From the IMG/VR virus record IMGVR_UViG_3300044676_001274, positions 1 through 26,824 of that record: DNA of 26,824 nt, one strand, 5' to 3'. A model generated the notes under the pieces. That model made no database searches, had not been told where the DNA came from, and worked only from the letters and a program-made list of their open reading frames with translations. Shown here in pieces: positions 1 through 9,623 of this stretch. The position numbers and the translations under genes are program-made. Every line of letters starts with the position of its first letter. Within the stretch, counting starts at the first letter, position 1. Origin of the DNA: a virus (taxonomy: Duplodnaviria; Caudoviricetes).

Positions 1-23
1 TGATAAAACCATGTTCCAAACAT
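1..23 (-). CDS. gp15: Tail terminator / sheath stabilizer gp15, N-terminal fragment (runs off window)
   Basis: Reverse strand reads ATG TTT GGA ACA TGG TTT TAT CA (MFGTWFY...), like the MFGxxFYH start of T4-like gp15. It overlaps the gp14 stop (TAATG) and matches gp13-14-15 synteny. Confidence 0.7.
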
Positions 24-925
24 TACTGGATATCTCCAAATGGGTTACTCTCAGAGAAGTCCAAGAAGTCACTCTCAAAGTCATCGAATACTGAGTTCTG
101 TGCGTCAGCTTGAATGTTCTGTAGTTGCGTAACTAATGTCGGTGTTGATATCCTACCAGACGATCCACCAACGATCTGTGTGGTCGTGGTGAAAGTGTGG
201 AACTTACCATCTGTTGCACCCACATGTACCAACTGCAATATTTGATCAGAGTCCGACCAACGGGAAACTTCACCCTTCATTGTATAGGTGCCGAAGTCTT
301 GTGTTACGGTTTCGCCTAGAGTCCAAGAGTTTCCAGTCGTTCCCGCAAGATTATTATAGACACCCGCTGAGTCTAGTGTCAGTGCATACTGGAAGGCATC
401 TTCTGCCTCAATCTCTTGTATTGCGTCAATACCAGTATCAAAGTCCTCATCATTGTATTCAAACAGTTCGCACTGCATACGGAATGTAGGCAATTGACTT
501 AGCTGATAAAACGGAGTCTCGGTCTCTACTCTCCGTATCTCAAACATGGAGTTGGACAGCGTCAAGTAGATTAGATCGCCTTCGCGTGGACGGAAGTTAT
601 TCTCTGACAGTCGAGTGCCTACAAGTTGCTTCCATCTCTTTCTGGAAACAATAAAGTTTGCTTGGTCTCTTAACTCAATACCAAACTTAGTGAATAGATC
701 ACCTTCCCCGTCAAACGCTTCGGTATTCTCAATGTACATTTCCACCTTATACGAAGAACCAAATCGTGATGGCACATCGTCCCCAAAGATCTTGTCCTTG
801 TTGACTATTTCGCGTGGGAGGTAATATACATCCTGACCGTACATCTTGAGGGCTTCAATGATGATATCCTCATAGACATTTTGTTCAGAACGAACACCTT
901 GCTTGAAATACGGGTTCGTTGCCAT
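23..925 (-). CDS. gp14: Neck protein gp14 (head completion)
   Basis: 300 aa; NPYF...EQ..YEDIIIEALKMYGQDVYYLPRE, FTKFG, RPREGDLIY, PFYQL and C-terminal DFSESNPFG motifs typical of T4-like gp14; follows gp13. Confidence 0.93.
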   Translation of the reverse strand: MATNPYFKQGVRSEQNVYEDIIIEALKMYGQDVYYLPREIVNKDKIFGDDVPSRFGSSYKVEMYIENTEAFDGEGDLFTKFGIELRDQANFIVSRKRWKQLVGTRLSENNFRPREGDLIYLTLSNSMFEIRRVETETPFYQLSQLPTFRMQCELFEYNDEDFDTGIDAIQEIEAEDAFQYALTLDSAGVYNNLAGTTGNSWTLGETVTQDFGTYTMKGEVSRWSDSDQILQLVHVGATDGKFHTFTTTTQIVGGSSGRISTPTLVTQLQNIQADAQNSVFDDFESDFLDFSESNPFGDIQ

Positions 926-929
926 TATA

Positions 930-1727
930 TTATCCTACGAAGAAGTCCGGTGGCGTGTCATACTCATTATATATTCGTTGACGAATTACTTCGATCTCTT
1001 GCTTTGCGTCCTCATAAATTTGGCGACCATTTAACTGGACACCGCCCGGCAGGGTCATTCCGTCAAACTTTATTAGGTTCGCACCCCATTGTTCTTTAAT
1101 AAGTGCTGTAGCATACTCTTTCAAGAAGATGTTGTTATATACCCTACCATTTCCATTCGGATCGGTAGCAATATACAGTTCAATCAAAATCTTATCACCT
1201 ACTTGAAGATCTCCATGGCTGCCTGCAATGTCACCAAAGATGTTCAAAGTATTTCCCGCTTGGACGTACTGGATCTGTGGGTGTCCGGTCAATTTCATAT
1301 CAATGGTAGACAGATATTGTTGCATCTGTTCAAAGTATGCTAGATCCCCAATACCAGTGTTTAAGTCCCACATATCATTCAGGCGCATCTGATATTTGAT
1401 ATCAAAGAAGTTAGAGCTTGATGCATGGTCATCGATTGGGAATACACGAAGAACACTCAGAATGTTATCAGAACTAATGTTGGGGTTTACACCATCTTCA
1501 TCAAAATCAATGTAGCCACGATCAATTATATCCTGAGTTATCGTCTTCACTGAGTATGCGCGGAAACTACCGTCACCATCATACTCAGTAAATAATTGTA
1601 AAGCATCGTTTACACGATCTTCGATTTGTTCATCATCGACGTTAATTTCAATGACAGGCGCGCCCAATTTACGGAGACAATATTCGATGAATTCGGATCT
1701 ACTTCCGATTTTTTGATAACTTGACAT
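930..1727 (-). CDS. gp13: Neck protein gp13
   Basis: 265 aa; YCLRKLGAPVIEINVDDEQIEDR, KEYATALIKEQWGANLIKF..MTLPGGVQLNG, ends PPDFFVG; AAGGA RBS upstream. Confidence 0.95.
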   Translation of the reverse strand: MSSYQKIGSRSEFIEYCLRKLGAPVIEINVDDEQIEDRVNDALQLFTEYDGDGSFRAYSVKTITQDIIDRGYIDFDEDGVNPNISSDNILSVLRVFPIDDHASSSNFFDIKYQMRLNDMWDLNTGIGDLAYFEQMQQYLSTIDMKLTGHPQIQYVQAGNTLNIFGDIAGSHGDLQVGDKILIELYIATDPNGNGRVYNNIFLKEYATALIKEQWGANLIKFDGMTLPGGVQLNGRQIYEDAKQEIEVIRQRIYNEYDTPPDFFVG

Positions 1728-1741
1728 CTAACTATTTATCC

Positions 1742-4700
1742 TTAGTTTAACAGAGTACCTGCGTTATTGTATACATTGATTCGATAATAAGAACCTTCTT
1801 GACCATCAAGTAAGTCAGCGTCCAATCCACTTGATGCACCGTCTACAGTTTTAACCGCAGTCAACAATTCACTTGCAGTCTGTTTTGTATAGCTCATTAC
1901 ACCAGTCGATGAATTATATGATAAATCACCTCCTGCTGATATAGCACTTCTTGCGTCTGCTGTAGTGAACTTCGTTACACTAAACTCACCAGTACCACTG
2001 TTGTATGCTAGATCACCACCAGCGGAGAACATTCCTCGGACATTCGCAGAGTCTATCTGAATATCATTTGCATTCGCAATGATACCCTTACCACCAACTA
2101 CATCAATAGTTCTGGTTGCGGCAATAGTACCACCACCAGTCAAACCTGCACCCGCAGTCACGGAGACTGAAGTGTGATCGATGTGTTCGTTAGCAACAAA
2201 TCCACTCAAGTTGTCGTGGACAATGTCACCATCGGTTGTGGTAATCGCACCAGTACCGGAGTTGTATGTGATACCCGTACCACCAGAGAACATACCACGA
2301 ACATTAGCAGAGTCAATGTTGAACTCACCTGATGTTACAGACAGACCCTTGTTGGCGGTTAGATGCGCTCTTACTTCGGAAGCACTAGGGCCAGTGTATG
2401 TCAGTACACCCGTACCATCGTTGTAGGCGAGTGAACCATCACCGCCCGCATCGGTCACGGAAATGGCTGCCCTTGCTCTGGCATCCGTATGATAGAGGTT
2501 TGTATTTTCAGTCAAATCCGCAGTAGTAAACGGATCAAGCGTAAGTACATCCGTAAAGTTACCAGTGGAAGTCTGAATGGTCAGAGTACCGTTTGAACTA
2601 TCAAAGTCAACACCCGTGATACCAGATACGCCAACCGTTCCTGCACTATCAACATAACCATTCGAGTCAATCGTCAATACAGGGATTGCAGTGGTTGATC
2701 CGTAGACCCCAGCCTCAACCGTAGTGTTTGCAGAACGATCTAGTTCAGCAGTAATCGTTCCTGCCGCAAAGTTACCAGATGCATCACGTGTTACAATCGC
2801 AGAACCAGTATTTGCATCAGTAGCAGTGGTCGCAGAGTTGTTTACCTTACCCGCAGTACTAATGGTTGCGAGTTTAGAATCCGCAATCGCAGCAGCAGCA
2901 TTGATGTCTGCGTTAACAATAGAGCCAGGGTTGTATGCGGTTGTCAATTGAACCGCACCTGTTCCATCAAAGGATACAGCAGATGCAGTGATATCACCTG
3001 TTAAGGAGAAGTTTTGACCACTTGCAAGAGCAGAAGCAGTTTGAGCATTACCTGTTACCGCACCAATCAGACTACCTTCAAACGTATCTGCAACTAGAGT
3101 CGCAAGACTGAATGAGGAATCCGCAGTGTTAATTGTTCCTGTAGGTGTTGAGTCATATTCGTCTACGAGTTTCCATTTCTCGTCAGTGACATCAAACCAT
3201 AGACCCATATGGGTATAACCGACACCACTTGTTCCAGTGTTTCGGTTTGTGAAGAAACCAGTATCTACATTAACAGGAGAAGCAGTACCAGACCATCTAT
3301 CACCACTATCGTGGCCTGTAGTCGCACCAAACTCAACGGAGATATTATCCGCAGAGTGAATAAGTTGTGCGTCACCTGTAATATTCTGTTTTGTAAGAAC
3401 AGGAGATGCAAACTCACTATCACTACCAAGAGCAACCGCAAAAGTATCAACGCCACCACCACCAGTTCCTACACCATCAATCTTGACATAGTAGGTTTGT
3501 GAAGATGTTCCAGTAAAGTGACCAGCAAAGAACGCATCGTCAAGGCCAGAACCAGTAAATGTCGTTCCTGCTTCACCAATCGCATCACCTTCATTAAGAC
3601 GATAGAATGGCGCACCCTGAGTTACATTAGATGTACCTACAGTGGTCTGACTACCTAAAATCGTTAAGTTACCATCAACCTGTAAGTCTGTACCAATATG
3701 TGCAGAAGTTTGAACACGGAAAGAACGAACAGAGTGATTCTGTTGATTGACAAGTAAGATACCATTGTCTGAATCACCAGTTTTAACAACCCAACCTAAA
3801 CACATAGGGAAGTTTGGATATGTCGGAGATGCATTCTGGTGTGAGCCAGGTGTAGTCACGGACACGAAGAAGTTAGTTCCGTCACTCAAGTGTGCAGTAT
3901 TAACATTAGTCAACTGACCAGCAATCAAACAGTGACCATAAGAGTTGTTTGGAATATCTTGAGCAGCAATACCTTGAGCGTTATATGCGTTTACATCTGT
4001 TGCATCTGCAAGACCAACAGTCGGAACGTCAATATCGCCTGATGTGTAGTTACCACTAAAGTATAGTGCATTACCTTTCTTAATGGTTGCGCCACTATTG
4101 TTGAATACACGCTGGTGTTCTTGGAGACCAATCTCGTGAACCATACCAGTGATGTCATCATTATAGTTCAGTGTCTTGTGTGCATTATCGTAATATAACA
4201 GACCTTCACTATATGGTTGATGTGAATCAAAGGTTGTAATATCAAACTGAACATTCAGAAGTGATGCCGAATCAGCTTCAAGTCTACCGGAGACTTTCAG
4301 TCTATCTTCAATACGCAGATATTCGTAGTGTTCACTGAAACCATCTACAAGGATTGTGCCAGCGGTTGAGTCAGCGGTTAGAATACGACCAATATGATAT
4401 GGATAACCAGTATCCACAGTGACTTCTGTTGTTGTCCACTCACCAGCAGAATCAGCGGAAAGATATAATGTCGAACCAGCAGTCAGACCACCAGTGTTTA
4501 CATCACGGACGATACCATAACGAGTTACCCAACCGTGTGCGCCATCTGGAATATCCATAGTCGCAAGACCAGTAGGTTGAGCAGTTCCAGACGCATCCGC
4601 TCTCGCAAGAGATACTTGAGGGTGTTTACCGTGTGCAGTTCCAGAGATATAGACTGCTTGACCGTTGTCAATCTGAGCACCAGTTAAGTTATGGACATAG

Positions 4701-7700
4701 AGGAATATCTCTTGACCAATATTAAGAGTTACATCTGGATTCGGATTATTCTGAGTATCAAGAACAAGTGATAGACCCTTTTGATGATCAGAGTCAAAAT
4801 ACAATGTTCCAGCAGCATTTGTATGTCTTGATGTTAGAACATTAAAGTTAACACCATCAACAATGGCTGAATCCATGGTGGTTTGTGCGAAGGTTACATT
4901 GTCTGTCGTTCCAACAGACTGACCAATCGCAATCGAACCATCAGTGATTGTGACGCCAGTTCCACCAGAGAAATGCGCTCTTGCTTCTGAAGCAGAAGGC
5001 CCTGTGTAAGTAAAGACCCCATCACTATATGAGAAACTTCCATCACCACCAGCATCAGTCGCAGAGAATAATCCCTTTATCTGAGATGCCGTTCTATCTG
5101 AATCCGTATAGGAGAAAGCACCTGTAGATGAGTTATAACTTAGACTTCCACTTGCAGAGAACATCCCTCTGACATTTGCTGAGTCAATATTGAACTCTCC
5201 ATTAGATACAGAGAGTCCTTTGTTTGCAGTTAAGTGTGCTCTTACTTCCGCAGCACTCGGGCCGGTGTAGGTAAATCTACCCGTTGCCGAATCGTATGTA
5301 AGTGAACCATCCCCACCAACATCAGACAGACCGATTGCATTTCTTGCTCTTGCGTCCGTATAGTAGAGATTACTCCCTTCAGGTAGTTGCCCTGTGTTGG
5401 CATCTCCCAGATCAGAGTCAAAGTTTGCCTTGGTGTAGACATCTTCTACATCAAAGGAGAACTGACCTGTTCCACTGTTATAGGTTAAGTCACCGGATGA
5501 ACTGAACAATCCACGGATTGTTGATGTGGTTGTCGCATCAACACCTGCTACTGCACCTAGAGAGGTAATGTTTGCAGAGTCAAAAGTTGCTTGACTTCCG
5601 GTCAGGCTTGTGATAGTTGCATTAGTATTCGTTAATGTGGTAATACCCGCACTATCAATCTGTGATTCTAGTCTCTTCAGGAAGTCACTATCAAAGTTTG
5701 CCTGAGTATAGACATCCTCTATATCAACACTGAATACACCAGTAGAACTATTGTAGGATAAATCTCCACTAGCACTCAAATGTGCCCTTACCTCTGCCGC
5801 ACTGGGCCCAGTATAGGTAAAGACACCTGTAGCACTGTCATAGGTCAGAGACCCATCACCACCCGTATCGTTTACAAGTAATGATGCCTTTGCGTCACTA
5901 TCTGCTCGTGCAGTAGTATAGTAAAGATTACTATTATGTTCGGCAACATCCGCTGTTGTTTTAGTAGCAAGTGCAGCATCGAATCGTGCAGTGGTATAGT
6001 AAAGGTTCGTACCTTCGGTCAAGTCCGTAGTGGTCTTATCACCAAACGCAGAGTCGAACCTTACCTGAGTGTAGTAGAGATTTGTGCCCTCTGCAACATC
6101 CGATGTTGTTTTTGTTGCAAGTCTAACATCGAAGTCACTGTCTGCTCGTGCGGTAGTATAATATAAGTTGGTGCCTTCAGGTAGTTGTCCTGTATTCGCA
6201 TCACCCAAATCACTATCGAAGTTAGCCTTAGTGTATACTGTTTCAACATCAAAGGAGAACTGACCAGTTGCACTATCATATGACAGATCACCCGAAGCAC
6301 TGAATATGTTTCTAATCGTTGCCGTTGTCTGTGCATCAATATTGTCGAATCTGATGTTTGTGATCGTCGCAGAGTCAAAGGTTGCTTGAGATCCAGTCAG
6401 TTCGGTTGTTGCTAGGTTTGTTACTGTCGCAGAGTCAAAGGTTGCTTGAGATCCAGTCAGTTCGGTTGTTGCTAGGTTTGTTACTGTCGCGGAGTCAAAT
6501 GTGGCAGTGCCACCCGTAAGTGTAGTACTTGCAAGATTAGTTGCCGTTGCAGAGTCTAGGGTAGCCGTGGCTGCCGTAAGATTCGTAGAGTGTGCACTAT
6601 CAAACGTGGCCTGACCACCAGATAAGTTACTGTTATAAAGAGTAGTGATTGTACCATCGGTGATGTCAGCGACTTCAGAGGACAGAGTATAGACCTGTTG
6701 TCTTGTTGTGGTGTCCGAATCAATCAGTTTGTGCCAGTCACCCGCATGGGCAAAGTATCCACGACCAGTAGCGTGCACATGTGCGTACATACCATGATAG
6801 ACAGATGCGGACGGAAGAGCCCCCTCTGAATCATAAACATTACCGAAGAGAAGTTTACCAGTTGTTACTAAATTTTCGCTGCCTAGTGTCCAGTGTTTCT
6901 CCCCCTCATCCCATAGAATGGATACATTTGCGAGGTCACCCCGTTCAATCTCAATACCGGCATCTTCTGTGGGAGTGCCGGTTGCATTAGAGTTGAGAAT
7001 GATCGTGTTGTCGGCTAGATTGATAGTCTCAGTATTGATTATCGTCTGAGTACCACTGATAGTCAGATTGCCATCAAGCACAGTATTACCTGTAACCCGA
7101 AGCGTACCGATATTGGCACTATCAAGAGTGGCTTGACTACCAATTAAAGTTGTGTTGGCGAGAGTTGTGATGGTCGCACTATCGACAGTTGCGCCGCCGT
7201 TGACTGTCAGGCCAGCGTGAAATACTTCGTTGACATCTGTTCGTGCAATGTCAGAGTCGTTGAATGTAAATACACCCGTGTCACTATCCAGAGATAGAAT
7301 ACTGGTGTTGTTGGTTATGAGGCTTAGACCAAGACCTGTCTTGTTTCCATCACTGTCAACAAAGACTAATTGACCACCACTGTCTTTTAAGGATATTGAT
7401 CCAAGGACGATTGTATCTCCACTGAGATAGAGGTCACGCCATTTGTTGGATGAACTACCAAGGTCGTATGCTTCGTTGCTATCAGGGATAATACTACCAG
7501 TAAAAGAAGTATTTGTCAAGCCGAAAGTATATTTATTTTGTTCGCTGTCAAACTCGGCAGTGATATTTGCATCAGTGCGGAGATTAGTTACCTCGTATTT
7601 TCCGCTTACTTGATTGTAAGCAAGAATAGAACCATCGGATTCCGTAGCAGTTACATCAACACCACCCAAGTTTGAGATAGCAAAAGCACCTGCCGTTACC

Positions 7701-7753
7701 CGTTTTATGGGTGTTCCGACTACTACCTTCTTTACAATGATCTTCTCAGCCAT
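1742..7753 (-). CDS. Large mosaic fibre protein (tail or neck/collar fibre), 2003 aa
   Basis: G/S/T/A/D-rich. Contains repeated EGxNLYYTxAR and GGDGSLxYxxxTGxFTYTGPSAxEVRAH modules, the IPDSNEAYDLGSSSNKWRDLYLSG and GLDADLLDGQ fibre motifs, and lies immediately upstream of gp13. Confidence 0.8.
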   Translation of the reverse strand: MAEKIIVKKVVVGTPIKRVTAGAFAISNLGGVDVTATESDGSILAYNQVSGKYEVTNLRTDANITAEFDSEQNKYTFGLTNTSFTGSIIPDSNEAYDLGSSSNKWRDLYLSGDTIVLGSISLKDSGGQLVFVDSDGNKTGLGLSLITNNTSILSLDSDTGVFTFNDSDIARTDVNEVFHAGLTVNGGATVDSATITTLANTTLIGSQATLDSANIGTLRVTGNTVLDGNLTISGTQTIINTETINLADNTIILNSNATGTPTEDAGIEIERGDLANVSILWDEGEKHWTLGSENLVTTGKLLFGNVYDSEGALPSASVYHGMYAHVHATGRGYFAHAGDWHKLIDSDTTTRQQVYTLSSEVADITDGTITTLYNSNLSGGQATFDSAHSTNLTAATATLDSATATNLASTTLTGGTATFDSATVTNLATTELTGSQATFDSATVTNLATTELTGSQATFDSATITNIRFDNIDAQTTATIRNIFSASGDLSYDSATGQFSFDVETVYTKANFDSDLGDANTGQLPEGTNLYYTTARADSDFDVRLATKTTSDVAEGTNLYYTQVRFDSAFGDKTTTDLTEGTNLYYTTARFDAALATKTTADVAEHNSNLYYTTARADSDAKASLLVNDTGGDGSLTYDSATGVFTYTGPSAAEVRAHLSASGDLSYNSSTGVFSVDIEDVYTQANFDSDFLKRLESQIDSAGITTLTNTNATITSLTGSQATFDSANITSLGAVAGVDATTTSTIRGLFSSSGDLTYNSGTGQFSFDVEDVYTKANFDSDLGDANTGQLPEGSNLYYTDARARNAIGLSDVGGDGSLTYDSATGRFTYTGPSAAEVRAHLTANKGLSVSNGEFNIDSANVRGMFSASGSLSYNSSTGAFSYTDSDRTASQIKGLFSATDAGGDGSFSYSDGVFTYTGPSASEARAHFSGGTGVTITDGSIAIGQSVGTTDNVTFAQTTMDSAIVDGVNFNVLTSRHTNAAGTLYFDSDHQKGLSLVLDTQNNPNPDVTLNIGQEIFLYVHNLTGAQIDNGQAVYISGTAHGKHPQVSLARADASGTAQPTGLATMDIPDGAHGWVTRYGIVRDVNTGGLTAGSTLYLSADSAGEWTTTEVTVDTGYPYHIGRILTADSTAGTILVDGFSEHYEYLRIEDRLKVSGRLEADSASLLNVQFDITTFDSHQPYSEGLLYYDNAHKTLNYNDDITGMVHEIGLQEHQRVFNNSGATIKKGNALYFSGNYTSGDIDVPTVGLADATDVNAYNAQGIAAQDIPNNSYGHCLIAGQLTNVNTAHLSDGTNFFVSVTTPGSHQNASPTYPNFPMCLGWVVKTGDSDNGILLVNQQNHSVRSFRVQTSAHIGTDLQVDGNLTILGSQTTVGTSNVTQGAPFYRLNEGDAIGEAGTTFTGSGLDDAFFAGHFTGTSSQTYYVKIDGVGTGGGGVDTFAVALGSDSEFASPVLTKQNITGDAQLIHSADNISVEFGATTGHDSGDRWSGTASPVNVDTGFFTNRNTGTSGVGYTHMGLWFDVTDEKWKLVDEYDSTPTGTINTADSSFSLATLVADTFEGSLIGAVTGNAQTASALASGQNFSLTGDITASAVSFDGTGAVQLTTAYNPGSIVNADINAAAAIADSKLATISTAGKVNNSATTATDANTGSAIVTRDASGNFAAGTITAELDRSANTTVEAGVYGSTTAIPVLTIDSNGYVDSAGTVGVSGITGVDFDSSNGTLTIQTSTGNFTDVLTLDPFTTADLTENTNLYHTDARARAAISVTDAGGDGSLAYNDGTGVLTYTGPSASEVRAHLTANKGLSVTSGEFNIDSANVRGMFSGGTGITYNSGTGAITTTDGDIVHDNLSGFVANEHIDHTSVSVTAGAGLTGGGTIAATRTIDVVGGKGIIANANDIQIDSANVRGMFSAGGDLAYNSGTGEFSVTKFTTADARSAISAGGDLSYNSSTGVMSYTKQTASELLTAVKTVDGASSGLDADLLDGQEGSYYRINVYNNAGTLLN
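6366..6490. repeat. Perfect 60-bp tandem repeat (about 2 copies) encoding ATVTNLATTELTGSQATFDS in the fibre gene
   Basis: Lines starting 6361 and 6421 are identical from position 6366 onward; degenerate copies continue to about 6610. Confidence 0.95.
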
Positions 7754-7765
7754 TAGGTCTTTCCT

Positions 7766-8131
7766 TTATTTCGTGACAGACGGTGAAACTTCAATCTGTC
7801 CTTCAAGGACTCGTTGAATGATAGTATTTTCATCACTGTCAGTATAAGATATCTCTACATCATATACATATCGCCCACGGGTTTTTAAGGCATCAGTTTG
7901 GGTGTTGGTTAAAGAGAGTGTGACGATACCATCACTGGGAGGGGTAGCTACAATTGCATTGAAGGCTACTGTATCAGGATCATCAGCAGAGTCAGCGTAG
8001 TTTCTTTTCATCTTCGCAGCGACTGACCTGTTGGTCAGATTGAACGCTCCGTCACTATCAGTGACCAGATGTACTTCTATTGCTACATCTGTGCCTTGCT
8101 GAATGGTGATGTCTTCGTAGTTCGGTAGCAT
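7766..8131 (-). CDS. Small virion structural/adaptor protein (BppU N-terminal-like beta-sandwich)
   Basis: 121 aa; ITIQQGTD...FNLT...AKMKR...GIVTLSLTNTQT..L..GRYVYDVEI...RVLEGQIEVSPSVT pattern common ahead of fibre genes; has its own late promoter. Confidence 0.65.
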   Translation of the reverse strand: MLPNYEDITIQQGTDVAIEVHLVTDSDGAFNLTNRSVAAKMKRNYADSADDPDTVAFNAIVATPPSDGIVTLSLTNTQTDALKTRGRYVYDVEISYTDSDENTIIQRVLEGQIEVSPSVTK

Positions 8132-8170
8132 CGATTATAACCCGTATAAAAAACATTTATTTTCTTTGTT

Positions 8171-8178
8171 TATTTATA
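8171..8178 (-). promoter_or_regulatory. T4-type late promoter TATAAATA
   Basis: Plus strand tatttata at 8171-8178, intergenic, 40 nt upstream of the 8131 start; exact gp55-dependent consensus. Confidence 0.88.
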
Positions 8179-8199
8179 AGGATTGGGTCGTTGAACGAA

Positions 8200-8874
8200 C
8201 TAGAAATCGGACATTATTTCCTCTATAATGTCCTCTTGGAGACCAGAGGCCATGTCACTACGATCAAACATGTAGGACACAGTGATCCTCCAACAGTCAG
8301 TTTCCGCAGCATGATAGACTCTATTGTACCAAGGTTCCCCATAGGCTCCGAAATATCCTGCTTTGCACTGCCACCCTTTCTTATCCTGCATCACGACTTC
8401 TCTGCCGGTATGTCCATCAACATATCGAAAGTTTCCTTCTCCGGTCTCAGACCATGAGAAAATGATGTTGTAGGCAGAGGCATTCGCATTGTTGTGCCAA
8501 GAGATGTATCCGCCTGGCGGGTATAGTTGCGTCAGTGCATTGTTACGTGTTGATAACAGGGTGCACAATTCTTCATTGTACTGACTGTACCGTGAGTAGA
8601 AACTGGCTGCTAATGGTGATGTATTGTGTTCATCATCAAAGTGCAACCTATCTGACTTCAAAGCATACGCATAGCAATCTTCGGGGAATCCCTCATGACG
8701 TTCATCTTCTGCAATGACAGAGTCCCGATATTTCGCAGATATGTAGTGTTCCCGTTTATCAGGTTCGCCATGCAGTCTCAGAGTCTTTGCTACGATATCC
8801 TTGTTTTCATAATACCAAAGAAAGTTGTCCAGTGCAACCAGAACATCTTTATTTTCAATCGGAACATCTTTCAT
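8200..8874 (-). CDS. 2OG-Fe(II) oxygenase-like / double-stranded beta-helix protein
   Basis: 224 aa; LYPPGGYISWHNN ... VYHAAETDCWRITVSY resembles Hx(D/E)...H...RxT/S of 2OG oxygenases, but has Asn at the carboxylate position. ATGA overlap with the upstream GT gene. Confidence 0.6.
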   Translation of the reverse strand: MKDVPIENKDVLVALDNFLWYYENKDIVAKTLRLHGEPDKREHYISAKYRDSVIAEDERHEGFPEDCYAYALKSDRLHFDDEHNTSPLAASFYSRYSQYNEELCTLLSTRNNALTQLYPPGGYISWHNNANASAYNIIFSWSETGEGNFRYVDGHTGREVVMQDKKGWQCKAGYFGAYGEPWYNRVYHAAETDCWRITVSYMFDRSDMASGLQEDIIEEIMSDF

Positions 8875-9623
8875 ACCAAGAGTCGATCCTTATGCAGTGA
8901 TCCAGAGTAGTGTCTCAGGATTGGTGGTTTGCCTTCTTTAGAGTGTAGATTCTCGTATTGATATTGAGTAAAGTAATTCCATCGAATGTCATCCTCAAAG
9001 ATACCAATCTTGAGATCTTTATATTTATCTACCTTTTCAGTCAGCCACCACAGCGTTGTCTGATCGAAGTGTTTCAGATCATTGTTCCACTGCTTTTTGT
9101 CAAACCCCTCTGGTTCCCATATGTTGTTCATTTGTTTGTTGAACAGTTCAAACCACTCTCGCATGAATTCCATGACCAGAGGATTACTACTACGATATAA
9201 ACAAACGCCACCACACAGAGTATATTTTTCCATCCTACCCTTGTATCGAAACTCTCGGATAGCATAGAACTTTTCACGCTCTTCAGTCAACTCATGAAAG
9301 ACCATATCATAGTCTTTCATCTCATCCCAGACCTTTGCAATATCTTCGTGCTCACAGTCCATGTCAGCGTCAACATACATCGTGATATCATATGGAGATT
9401 GCGCCATACCCCAGAGTTTAGCCCTATAATGGTTATCACAGAAGATGATGTTATCAGCCTCATCCGCACGTTCATCGATGAAACGCTCTTCGGTTACAAG
9501 AGTGATTTGTGCTTCAGGATACCAGTCCTTGATGGACTCAATGAGGTTGACTGCGTAGACGTAAAAGTTTACATTGTTAGATGCAACAATTACGAATCCT
9601 TTACTCTGATTCTGCATTATCAA
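8871..9623 (-). CDS. GT-A fold glycosyltransferase (GT8-like nucleotide-diphospho-sugar transferase)
   Basis: 250 aa (start may be 9617); N-terminal beta-alpha GFVIVAS..YAVNLIESIK, KL...SPYDITMYVDAD (DxD), DQ motif (HFDQTTLW), C-terminal ILRHYSG. Confidence 0.78.
   Translation of the reverse strand: MIMQNQSKGFVIVASNNVNFYVYAVNLIESIKDWYPEAQITLVTEERFIDERADEADNIIFCDNHYRAKLWGMAQSPYDITMYVDADMDCEHEDIAKVWDEMKDYDMVFHELTEEREKFYAIREFRYKGRMEKYTLCGGVCLYRSSNPLVMEFMREWFELFNKQMNNIWEPEGFDKKQWNNDLKHFDQTTLWWLTEKVDKYKDLKIGIFEDDIRWNYFTQYQYENLHSKEGKPPILRHYSGSLHKDRLLV

Noticed and set aside
1733-1740. GATAAATA before gp13 and CATAAATA at 12505-12512 as late promoters
   Set aside because: Both are mismatched, only about 6 nt from the start codon, and overlap RBS or stop-codon context.
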